Position numbers and translations under genes: made by a program. A DNA stretch of 58,769 bases from an uncultured Clostridia bacterium. GTDB taxonomy: Bacteria > Bacillota > Clostridia > Christensenellales > UBA1242. Within the stretch, counting starts at the first letter, position 1. Each line of letters starts with the position of its first letter. The notes under the pieces were generated by a model. The model made no database searches and was not told where the DNA came from. It saw only the letters and a program-made list of their open reading frames with translations. Below are positions 24,201 to 36,200 of the stretch, one piece after another. The stretch lies in contig CAMVKM010000001.1 in assembly GCA_947168085.1 (NCBI GenBank), positions 1 through 58,769 of the forward strand, written 5' to 3'.

Positions 24201-27200
24201 ATTTTAACATCATTTCCGCCAAGACGATTGGTGTCTTCTGTTGTGATTTGAGCCACTTGTGTGATTGCAAATTTTGAGTATTTTGAAGCATTGCTAAATG
24301 TGTCTTCATTAGTTCCAGTAAATGAAATGATTGTTAAAGTTGCTGGGTAAATTTCGTAGCTTGTTGTAATTTGACCTGTGTAGTTAATGTTTAGTCCTGC
24401 AATTTTAACATAAATTGTTCCTGCACTTGTAAAGTCAGTTGTTTCTGAAACCAAAACATTGTTAATAGTTTCTGTTCCATTTGTGTCTGCACGGTAGTAG
24501 TTTTCTTCGTAATCAGAAGCTGTTAATGTTCTTGAAGTTGTTGTCAATTGTGAACTTGAGGTTGAAATTGTAAGAACTGGGCTGTGAGACAAATGGTCAT
24601 AGTTGTAGCCAGTTGCATTAATTCCAGCAATCGTGTCATATTGACCTAAAATGTATTTTGAAATTGCAAAGCTGTAAGTTGCGCTTTCAGCAAAGTTTCC
24701 ACATCCTGCAAATGTCATAGTAACAGTTCCAGCATTAATGTTGTCATTGTAAGAAACAACATAGTCTGTGTTTTGAACAAGAAGTGTTCCTCTTGACTGT
24801 GCCATGCTTGCGTGGTTAAGTGTTACATCACTGCTGATGTCGTGCGCTGCACCGTCATAATAAATTGTTGTGTTTACTCGATTGTCAGCAATTGTAAGTT
24901 TATTTGTTTCATTAATGTTACGTGGATTTACTGTGAATGTTCTTGTTGCAAAAACAAGTTGATCAAATTCATCAAGTTTTCTAAAGTTGTTAATTCCAAT
25001 GATTGTCATAGAAGCAAAGTTTTCAACAACTGCTCCATCCAAAGCATCATTTAAACGTTTAACATTGATGTTGTTTGCATATGTAATAATGAAATCATAA
25101 CCCGTAACAGTGTCAATGTCTTCATTTGGCAAAAGTTCACGACCTGTTAGTGTGTTTCCATTAAATGTTACTGTGTAGTTTGGTTTGATTTGATCACCTG
25201 TGTAAGCTGTGTTGCTTGTTGAATCCAAATTGAAGTCAGCATGTGTGATTGCAACTGTTTCAATAACAAAATCAATAGGAATTGTTCCACTGTAGTTGCC
25301 CATACCTTGAATTACAACTGTGTAGGTTCCAACAGTTGTTGGAGCCGCAACTGTGGTGTTTCCTTGTTTGTAAGCAAATGTGTAGTCTGTTTCATCAATC
25401 AAAATTGTTGGCGTTACAACACCTCCAACAAGTTTAATGTTGTCGGTTACTTGTGGAATTGGATTGATTGCTGAACGAGTGTATGGTGCTGTGTAAACAT
25501 CATTTGAATCCTTTGTCATTTCTTGCATTTGTTGTGTTGAAATGTTCAAAAGTTTCAAAATTGATGTCATGTTGCTTTCAATTGTTCTTGCCAAAATTGT
25601 AAATTGTTTTTGGTCAGTTCCAGCATAGTTTCCAGCAAAACTAATTGTGATTGTTGCAGTTCCTGCATCTGTGTTGTCATCATAACTAACTGTGTAATCT
25701 GTTCCACTAACAAGGCTTTGAGCGGTGGTTACGCCCAATGTGCTGTCTGTCCATGTAAGACTAAATGATTTTTCAATTTCTGAACCTGTGTAGGTTTCTG
25801 GGGTAGCATCATAACCAACCCAACTAAGGTCAGCTGTTCCAATGCTAAATGTCTTTTCTATTATTGTAAGCTCGGCACGGACCCCTGTGTTTGTTTCAAA
25901 CACATAGTTTGTAAAGGTTCTGCCAGACTCTGTAATTGAATTGAGTGTCAATTCAAATTTAATCTTTCCAACATCACTAAAGAATGTTGCAAGTTTTGGA
26001 TCTGTTGGGTCAGCTTGCATAATTGCATCGTAAGAATATTGTTGCCCTGCAATTGCGTAGTATCTAAAGCTTTCAATTGAGAAGTTTGCTGCTGGAACAT
26101 CTGCAACTGTGTTTGAAACAATTGTAAATGCTCTTGCATAGTCGCTGTTTTTAAACACTCTTGAAACTTGGTCAACACTAATGTTAACGCCAGCTTCTGT
26201 AACATAACTTCTGGTGCTTGGTGCTTCTGTAACTAATCCTTGGTCAACAGTAAGTGCCATTCTTGTAACGTAAGCTGGAGTGATTGTAAAGTTGTAAGTT
26301 ACACTGCCAACATAGTTTGCTGTGCCTTCAGTTGTTCCAACAACTCCACTAACAACAGCTTTGTAGCTTTCAGCATTAACTGGTGTTACTGCGTTTGCAT
26401 TAACTGCATCATCAGCAAAGTAGTAAGTTAATGTGTAGTTTGTTGTTTTTGCAAGACTTCTTGTTGAATAGCCTGCTGGTGTGTATTGTGGGTTAACTTC
26501 TGGAGCATAGTTTTGAGCATTGTAAACGCTGTTTGTTGGTGCTGTCATAACAACACTTCCAAGTGCTGTTGGGCTAGCATCAGCTGAGCGAAGAAGATAA
26601 CCTTTGTTGTTGTCAACTGCGTTTGTTACTGCTGCTTGAGCAATTTCATTGTTGTCAAGTGCTTTTGGATAAATTACAAAGTAGTATGTAACTCCGCCAG
26701 CAGCTGTTTGATAGTTTCCGTTTGCAACTGCGTTGATGACAATTGTTCCAGCCGCAACATAACTTGTTCCGTCAAACACAACATTAATGTTTTCACCGTA
26801 GGTTGCGGTGTAGTCTGTGCCAGCTTGAAGGTTTTCAAGAACATTTCCACCACTCATATAAGCTGCCGTAAAGCTTGGTTCAATGTTTGCGCCAGTGTAA
26901 ATATAGTTGTTTCCTGCGCTTGCGGTAAGGTAAGTTGAGTTAATTGTAATTTCTTTTTTAGTTATTACAAAACTCTTTGTTGTCTGTCCAGTGTAGTTGC
27001 CAGTTCCTTCAATTTTAATAACATAATTTCCAGCATGTCTTGGTGTTGTTGCTGTTTCTCCGTCTTCTTCAAACATTGTAATGTTAAGTTCAATTGGACT
27101 TGGACTTACATCAGTGCTTGTTTGAAGTCGGTAACCAAAGTAAGTGAAGTTAACATATGGAATAAGGTCTGCGTTGTTATACTCTTGTGATGCAATGTTG

Positions 27201-30200
27201 TTTTTAATAATGTCAGAACTTGTTGAAATGTTTCTTGGGTCAATTGTGTAAGTCACATCATCTCTGTATGAAGTTGGTTCTGCAGTTGCTGCTGTTGTGG
27301 CATAGTTGCCAATTCCAGTAATCTTAACCATGTAGGTTCCAGCTTCTGTCAAAAGATTTGTTGAGCCCGTAACAAAGCGTTGTTCTGTTCCGTTAGAATT
27401 CCAGTAAGTTACTGTGTAATCTCTGTCTTCTTGCAAATCTTCAGCATAATATGTCATAGCAATAACTGGTTTAAGAACAACGGCGCCATTTGCATCTCTT
27501 GTGTAGGTTTGATTTGCAATAGAAAGGCTTACCGCATGCTGTCCAGTTGCTGCGATAGATTTTGGATTGATTCTATAGTAAATGTCTTCTTTGTTTCCTG
27601 CAAAGTTCTTGCCTTTTGTTTCAAGAACAATGTAGATTTTTCCAGCATCCCTAAAGTTTGATGTTGGTTTTACATTGATTGTTGCGTTGTCTACCGTGAT
27701 TGCAATAGCATCAACATCACTACTTTCACGATACCAACCCATTGTGTACTCTTCATTTGAAACACTGTTTCCACCAAACGCAAAGTTTAGGTTTGATGCC
27801 GAAACTTGATGATTTGCTGTGTCATACAAAACGTCATCAACAGCTGAAGCTGTGTAAGTGATGTCATCAAGGTCGGCTGGCACAATCTTAAAGGTTGCAG
27901 TAAGTGTTCCACCATAGTTGCGGTTTTGAGTTCCACCTAAAGTAATTGTTACAAGTGCGTTTGCAATTACTGCTCCACCCAATGTGTCGTTTTGTCGTTT
28001 AACTTCAATGTTATTTGTGTATGTTACACTAAAGTGTGTTCCAACGCCATAAGTTTGTGACTGTGGTTGTGCTGTTGTTGTTTTTGTGTAAAGGTAAACA
28101 GATGGCAATTGTTGTTGTGATGTGTAAACTGGCTCATAACCAGAGAAAGCAGGAAGAATTTCTGTTTTGTCTGGCATTGAAGTTCCGCCAATTTGAACAT
28201 CCAAAAATTCGTCAAATGATGTGATTTGTTTTGGAAGAATTTTGAAGTATTTTCTAATTGTTCCACTAAAGTTTTTGGTTGTTGCACCAGTAAGGTCAAC
28301 ATAAGCTCCTGCAATAATTCCTGTTTGGTCAAACGAAACATTAACATTGTTGTCATAGGTTGCAGTAAAGTTAATGTCACTTGCGGTAAACTCTTGTCCA
28401 TTAAATTGAACATAAGCTGTTGGGGTGTGAGCTTCACCGTTGTAAGTTACGTCAGCAATGTTTTTAACAGAAAGTGTTGCAAGGTTAATTGGGTTAATTG
28501 TAAAGTAAACTTTTGTGGTTGTTGTGTTGTCAATTCTTCCAGTAAAGTTGCCTTTTCCTTGAAGAATAACATAATACTTTTTGTTGTTTGCAACGTTAAC
28601 TCTTGCGCTGTCAACATAGTCGTACTCAAAGTCAACAACACTTGGATTTGCTGCGATATCTTTGTTAAGGTAGCCATAACCAGTGTAATACAAAAGTGTT
28701 GCAAGGTCGTTAGAGCCAAGAGGAACGTTGTAACCTGTAAAGTCATAGTTAAATTTGTAGCCATCAGCTGTGTAGGTTCCGCCAAATGTAAGTGTGCTAA
28801 TGTCTTTTGGATCAATCTTAAATGTGATTGTTCTGCTTCCTTGATAGTTTCCTCTTCCAGCAAGAGCAATTGTTGCTTGCGCAGCAACAACTGTTCCGTT
28901 GTAGGAAACTTTTGTGTTGTTTGCGTAAATTGCTGGAGCAAGGTCTCCGTCAGTTCCTTGAGCAGTTGCGCCAAAAAGAAGTGAGTAATCTTGTCCTGTT
29001 GCAAGTCCGCTGTCAACAATTACAACAGTTGGTGTAATTTCTGAACCTGTGTAAACATAAGTGTTAGGGTCAAGACCTGTGTTTGGCACTGCTTGTCCAC
29101 TAATCGTGTAAGAAATGTTTGCCGCTGTAATGTCTCTTGGAATGATTGTAAATTCAAGTGTGCTTGTTGTTCCAGTGTAGTCTCCATGTCCAGAAACAAC
29201 ATAAGTTCCAGGAGTTGTTGCATTGATGTTTTCACCATAAGTTACGGTGTAACCATTTGTGTCACTTAAAGCAACTGTCATGTTGTTGTAGGTTACAGTA
29301 AGTGCTGGTGTCCATTGTGTTCCGCGGTAAATGATTGAAGTTGGGTCAGAAACCGCAATTGAAACACGGTTGTCTGTCACTGAAATTGGAGTGATTGCAA
29401 ATGTTTTTTCAATACGTCCAACATAGTTTTTAAGTCCAACATTTTCACCATCATAGTCATTTGCATCAAACACAACATAGTATGTTTTTACATGAATTGG
29501 GCTTGATTCTGGTGTGTAGGTGTAAGGCTCACTTGAACCTGTTCTTGTAAAGATGCCCAAAGTGTAATCACTTGATGTGATGATTTGTGTTCCCACTGCT
29601 GGGTCCAAAACTGTCATGGTTGGTGCGTGAGCAGCACCAGTAAATTCAAACGAACTGTTTTGTGCGTTATCAAAACCAGACAATGTAAGCATGTCGGCAG
29701 TAAGAGCCTTTGGTTCAATTCTAAAGTAGCATTCTGCTGAACCTTCATAGTTTCCAGTAAAAGCAACAACAACCTTTGCTTTAGCATCAACAACTTTAAC
29801 CGAATTTTCAGTTTTGTAAGCAACATTAACATTGTCAACATAAGTTATTGAGCTGATGTCTGTGCTTAAAAGTCTAACTTGTGTTGAAGCTCCTGGCGTT
29901 GGAAGTTGATAGGTTGTGTAAGCCACAGAATCGCCAGTGTCTTGGAAGTTTTGTGTTACTGCGCTTCCAGTGTAAGTTTTTGCTGAAACGTTGTGGAAGT
30001 TAATTTGTCCGTTTAAGTTACGTTTTGCAATAGTAAAGCTTGCAACAATGTTTTTGCCAGATGCAAAATCATAGTCCATTGCTGTGTTTGCTGTGTTTTT
30101 CTGTGGAACAATGCTAAAGTTTGTTGTTCCAATGTTTGTAAGATCAACCGCTCCACCATTTGCGTTTTCAACAACAAGGGTGTAGTAAGAACTGTCACCT

Positions 30201-33200
30201 GGTGTTCCTGTTTGAAGTGTTTCGTCATAATCACCTGCTGTGATGTCAAAACTTCCTGACCAAACGTGAACACTGTAGGTAAATTCGCTGTTCTTAAAGG
30301 TCAATGTTTTTGCATTTGTTGCAGAAGTTCCATCAACAACAGCGTTGATTGTTTTGTCGCCATCAAGGTCATTCAAGATAACCTGAAGTTTTGTGATTTC
30401 AGCTGGTGTAATCATGTAGTAAAGCGTGATTGTTCCTTCAAAGTCACCATGTCCAGACAAAATTGCTTTTGCGTTTGAAGCAACTTGACCTGAGCCATCA
30501 TGATAAACGTGAGTGTTGTCTTGATAATCAACAGTAAAGTGCTGATTTGCTCCAAGCACAAGGGTGTGACCATTGTAGTGAGCTCCAATTGTTGGAGTGT
30601 AAGCTTCACGGTTAAACACTCTGCTTGCAATTGTGTCATAAGTCATCACGCCAGCACCGTGTGCTGTTTGCGCTTCAATTTCGCTAATGTCTTTTGGATC
30701 AATTGCAAAGTTAAATGTTTGTGAACCTTCGTAGTTACGTTTTCCGGTTACGGTAATTGTTCCGCCGGTTGCAACGTGAATGTTTGTTCCATAAGAAATT
30801 GTGTAGTCATCAGTTGTAAGTTCATCAGAAGTTGATGTTTCCGCACCTGTTGCATCATAGAAAAGTGTAAACGCTGGTGTGATTTGATTAAATGTAAAGG
30901 TGTAGTCATTGTTTGCTGCATACTCAACAAATGATTTTCCATAAAGATTTCTCTTGTAAATTTCAAAGTCAAGATCAAGATGACCCGTGTAGTTTCCAGA
31001 AGCCTGAATTCTAACAGTGTAGATTCCTGCATCAACAAGATCGTTTGCTGTTTTTGGAGTTCCATTTAATGAGTAGCTTTCTGTAAAGTCATAGTTAGTT
31101 GCATTTGTTGTTTGAGAAACAAGTGTGTTAACTTGTTCTGGGTTTGTTTTGTAAGTGATTGTGTAAGTTACAACAACATCTGGGTCACGTGGTGAGTTTG
31201 TAACAAACTCTTGTGAAGCAATAGATGCTGAAATTGTTCCATAAGTGTTGTCTGTGATGTCTTTTGGAGCAATTGTAAAGTTTAACACTTTGTTTGTTTG
31301 AGTTTGACCAATCATGCTGGTGTAGTTTCCAATACCAACAAATGTGATTGTTGCATTTCCTGCATTCAAGTTGTTTGCGTATGTAACTGTGTAGTCAACA
31401 TCTTTTTGAAGTGGTGTGTCACCACCAAACGAAATGTTGTAGTCTGGCGTTAAAGCAACACCGGTGTAAGTTAAGTTTTCTGTGCTTAAAATAGATGCTG
31501 TAACATCACCAATGTGGCGTGGAACAATGTTATATGAAACAGTTTTAACTGTTCCGCTTGTAAAGTTTTTGCCTTTTGATGTAAGTTCAAGTGTGATTGT
31601 TCCAACTTTTCTAAAGTCGGTTGTTACAGCCTTTTTGGTTGAATCATTGTAATCTCTAAACCATTTAACATTATATTCATTTGTTGTGTCAACAGCAACG
31701 TTGTTGAACTTAAACGCAAAGTCAGAAGCTTGCTTTTTGTGTTCGTTTAATGCTCCTGCGGTGTAAGTGATGTCAGCAACGCTTGCTGTGTTTGTGATTA
31801 ATGCAAGTGAAACTTGGTTGATTGTAAAGCTTGCTGTTGGTGAACCGGAGTAGTTGTTGCAGAAACCAATTGTAATGGTTGCAGTTCCTGCATCTGTGTT
31901 GTTTGTGTAAGCAACAGTGTAGTCTGTTGTTGGTTGCAACACTCCACCACCCTGCTCGCCTGATCTAACATTTTCAACAACTACAACTGCTGGGGTTTGC
32001 GCGGTTGCGTTGTAATCTGTTGCATAAACTTGTGGCCAAACTTTTGCCGCTGCTCCTGAGCCAACTGTAACAGTAAAGTCAGAAAGGTCTGAAACTGGTT
32101 TTGCAACAATTTGGTAAGAACCAGAAATTGATCCTGTAAAGTTTTGGTTGCCGCTTGCGTTTCCAGTAACAGTTACTGTAACTGTTCCAACATTAACTCT
32201 GTCAGCTGAGTAGCTAACAGCAAAGTTGTTTGCGTTTTCACTAAACGTTTTTGAGTTATGACTAACTGTTGGCGTAACGGTAATCTCTGAACCTGTGTAG
32301 ATTTTGTCAGCTGTGTCAAGGTTTAGCATTGCTTGAGTGAGTGTAACTGAAGTAATTGTAAAGTAGGTTGATGTAGAACCAGTAAAGTTTCCATTTTCTT
32401 TTGCAGAAATGTTAACAACATAGTGTTTTTTGCTTGCAACATTAACTCTGTCTGCTTCCGCATCAGCGTAAGAAATCACAAAGTCAACATTTTCTTCAAG
32501 GTGTTTGTTTGAACCTCTTCTTACAAACTTTGAGTAAGAAACAAGGTTTGCTCTGTCGTTTGCCGAAAGTGATTGTGAGCTTCCTGTAAACGCATAGTGA
32601 AGATTTGCACCAGAAGTAACACTGATTTCTGTTGTGTCAGAAAGGTCTTTTTGAACAATCTTAAATGTAATTACTTTTGTTGTTGTGGTGTCATAGTTGC
32701 CCATTCCAGTAATTGTTACGGTTGCATTTGCAACAACTTGGTTGTTTGCGTTAAATGAAACATTAACGTTGTTTGCCCAATCGCTGTCACTAAAGTTAAA
32801 GTCCTGACCTTTAACAAGGGTTGTTGAACCATCTTTAACTGTAAAGCTTGGCTTAATTTGTCCACCTGTGTAGGTGTAGCCATTTGCATTAATGCCTGAA
32901 ATTGTCATTCCTGAAATTGATTTTGGCAAAATTGCAAAGTAAACTGTTTGTGAGTTTTTGTAGTTTCCGTGTCCAGTAAAGGTAATAGAGCCACGTGTGC
33001 TGTCATCACCAGAAACGGTTACATTAAGGTTTGTGCCATAAGTTCTTGTGTAGTCTGTTGGGTCTGTCATTTGGTTGCCAGCATAAGAAATTGTGTAAGG
33101 CACATCAGTTGTCCAAGCTGTTCCACGATATATGATTGAACTTGGGTTTAAAATTGAAATTGTAACATTTGCCATATCAATTTGTGTGATGTCATAAATC

Positions 33201-36200
33201 ACATAAATTGTTCCATAGTAGTTGTGAGTTGGATTTGCTTGTGTTCCAGCATCAATCTTAATTGCGTAGTGCTCGTTTGCAGTTGTCAAAACATCAACTG
33301 GTTCAGTGCTTGCAAGCGCTGTGTAAGTGTATGGCGCTGATGCCCCACTACGTTTAAAGTAAGAAATTGAGTAGTCAGCAGATGTTAAAACAGAATCAGC
33401 ATTTGCTGATGGTTTGTCTTCAACAATCAAACTTGAGTCTGGTCTAATAATGCCACCAGTAAACGCAAATTGATTGCTGTCCTGCCAACTTGCCATTGCA
33501 TCAGTAAGTGCTTTTGGTGTAATTGCAAAACTTGAAGTGATTGTTGTGTTTTTCTTGTGTGCATAGTTGCCAGTTAAGTGAATTGTGATTCCTGCAGTTC
33601 CAACATTTTTGTTGTTTGAGTAAGAAACAGTAAAGTCAGTTCCCAAAGCAAGAGTTGCGTTTGCTGCTGTCCACTTAATTTCAAAGGTTGTTGAAAGTGA
33701 TGAACCTGTGTAAACTTGAGAAACTGGGCTTGTAACCCATGTGATGTCAGCACTTGCAAGTTCTCTTGCTGTAACTGTAAGTGTTGCTTGAACTCCTGCT
33801 TGCACAACATAGTTTGATTTTCCTGTTGTTGTTCCTGCTCTTGCTGTCACAGTGTAGGTTTTGCTTCCAACATTCTTTTGATAGCCTGATGTGCTTGGAG
33901 CAACAGTAAAGTATTGTGAATCAACCGTGTCGGTTTTGCTGCTTCCAGAAAAAACATAAAAGCTTGGCTCAAAGTCTGCGTTTTTAAAAGCAACACTAAG
34001 TGTGTCAATGTAACCCGAAGAATTTGTACTTTTTGTTTCTGTGCTAGCACCAAGTGTCAAAACTCCAATTTGAAGTCTTGTGATTGTTGCTGCTGTGATT
34101 GTAAATGCTGCATTTCCTTGGCTGCTTGTGTTTGCATTAATGTTGCTTCCACCAATGGTAACGTGAAGATTGTAGGAACCAACATTAATAACTTCATTTG
34201 TTCCAGTAATTCCAGTTCCATCAAAACTTGGTGTAAAGGTGTAGTAACTTGAAGAAACTGCGCTTGTATTTCCTGCAACACGAACTGAAACTGTCAAGTT
34301 TTGTGTTTGGTCAGTTTTTCTGTCCAATTTGTTGTAAACAAGGCTTGGTGAAACACCACTAATTGTGATGCTTTCAACGTTTGCTTTGTTTACAGTTAAT
34401 GTTGCTGTTGTTGAGCCAGTGTAGTTTCCGTTTGAACCGCCACTCACCACAACTGTGTAGGTTCCAGCAGTGATAACTCCAAAACTTCCACCATTGTTTT
34501 GAATTGAAATGCTAAAGTCTGTTCCTGCAGTCAAAGTTCCGTAACCAGTTTTTGAAACAGTAACATCTGAAGCGCTGATTGTTTGAGTAAGTCCATTAAA
34601 GGTTAATGCGCTGATTGATGCAGTAAATTCACTTAAAGCTCTTGCATTAATGTCAAAATACTTTGAAACATCATTTCCAGTGTAGTTTCCTTTTCCTTCT
34701 ATAACTATATAATATCTTTGTGCTGTTTTTGGATTTGCAACATAGTTTGCTGAACTTGCTGAGTTAACTGTTGAAAAGTGAACAACGTAGTCGTTGTTTG
34801 TGCCCTCAACAAGTGGGGTGTTTGGATTAATCACCTTATCTTTCACTGTGATTGATGGCACTTGTTTTGTTTTTGTTTCGTCATAGTAAAAACTTGCTGG
34901 ACTAACAGTTAAATTAACATTTCCAGAAATTTGTTTTGGATTGATTGTAAAACCACCAGAAACTTCAATTTTTGTGGTTGCGTCGTAGTTGCCTTTTCCT
35001 TTAACAAACAATCTGTAGGTTCCAGCATTTGTGATTGTTGCTGGGTCGGTGCTTCCTTGAACAGCAAAGAAAACTTCGTAGTCTTGGTCTTGTGTCATTG
35101 CACCAATTGTTTTGTCAGTAACAGACACGGTTGTTGTGCTACGTGAAACACCATCATATGTAATTGCGTTAACTGTTCCAACTGTAAAGCCACTTGTTGT
35201 TAATGCCTTTGGTGTGATTGTAAAAGTTTTTACAACTGAAGAACCAGTAAAGTTGCTTGCTCCGGTGCCAACATTTGTGTTTGGAACAAGAGTAACTGTT
35301 CCGCCGTCTGCAACATTTCTGTTTGTGCCATAAGTTGCTTTAACCGGAAAAGCTGCAGTTGAACCAACCAAAATTTCTGGATCACTGTGATCTACAGTAA
35401 CAGTTGGGGTAAGTTGACTGCCTGTAAACACATGAGTGTTGTACTCTAACACAATGTCAGCAGCATTTAATGTTGAAAGATCAAAAGGATGAATTGTGAA
35501 TGTAACACTAATTGGGCCACCAGCTGGGTTTTGAAAACTGTCGCCTTGTGCGTTAATTATCACTGTGTGATCACCAGCTGACTTAAAGTCTGTTGTGCTG
35601 TAGGTGATGCTGTAGTCATTACCATACGCCAGTTCTACACTTCCAGCCCAAACATGCTTAAAAGTTGGAGCAAAAACTCCGCCATCATAAACTGCATTTT
35701 TGTAAATGTCGTTAAATTCTGCACTTGTGATTGTTGCTTTGTTAATTATAAATGAGTTGCTTTCATCAACGCCAGTAAAGTTTCCTGTTCCTTCAACAAC
35801 AACGTAGTAGGTTCCACCAGCAACAACTTCATTTGCTGCATAGTAGTTTGAACCTTTACGATATCGAACAGTGTATTCTGTGCCTGAACTAAGAGTCATG
35901 CCAGAAGCCTGAACTTGTGTAACCTGACGCGCGTGTGGATTTCCATCATAAGTGTAAGCAGCATTTCCATTTAAAGTGATTGATGCTCCTTGAACTGAAA
36001 CACGGTTAATTGTGTAGGTGTGTGTTATAACACCTTTGTAACTACCAATTCCGGTAATTTCAATTGTAATTGTTCCCTTGTTTGGATAAACTGCTGTGTC
36101 AGTTGTGTTAACAAAGTCGGTTACTTCTGTTTTACTTGATGTACCATATTTGAAGTAATATTTTAAAGTAAAGTCAACATTTTCTTCAAGCTCTTTTGAG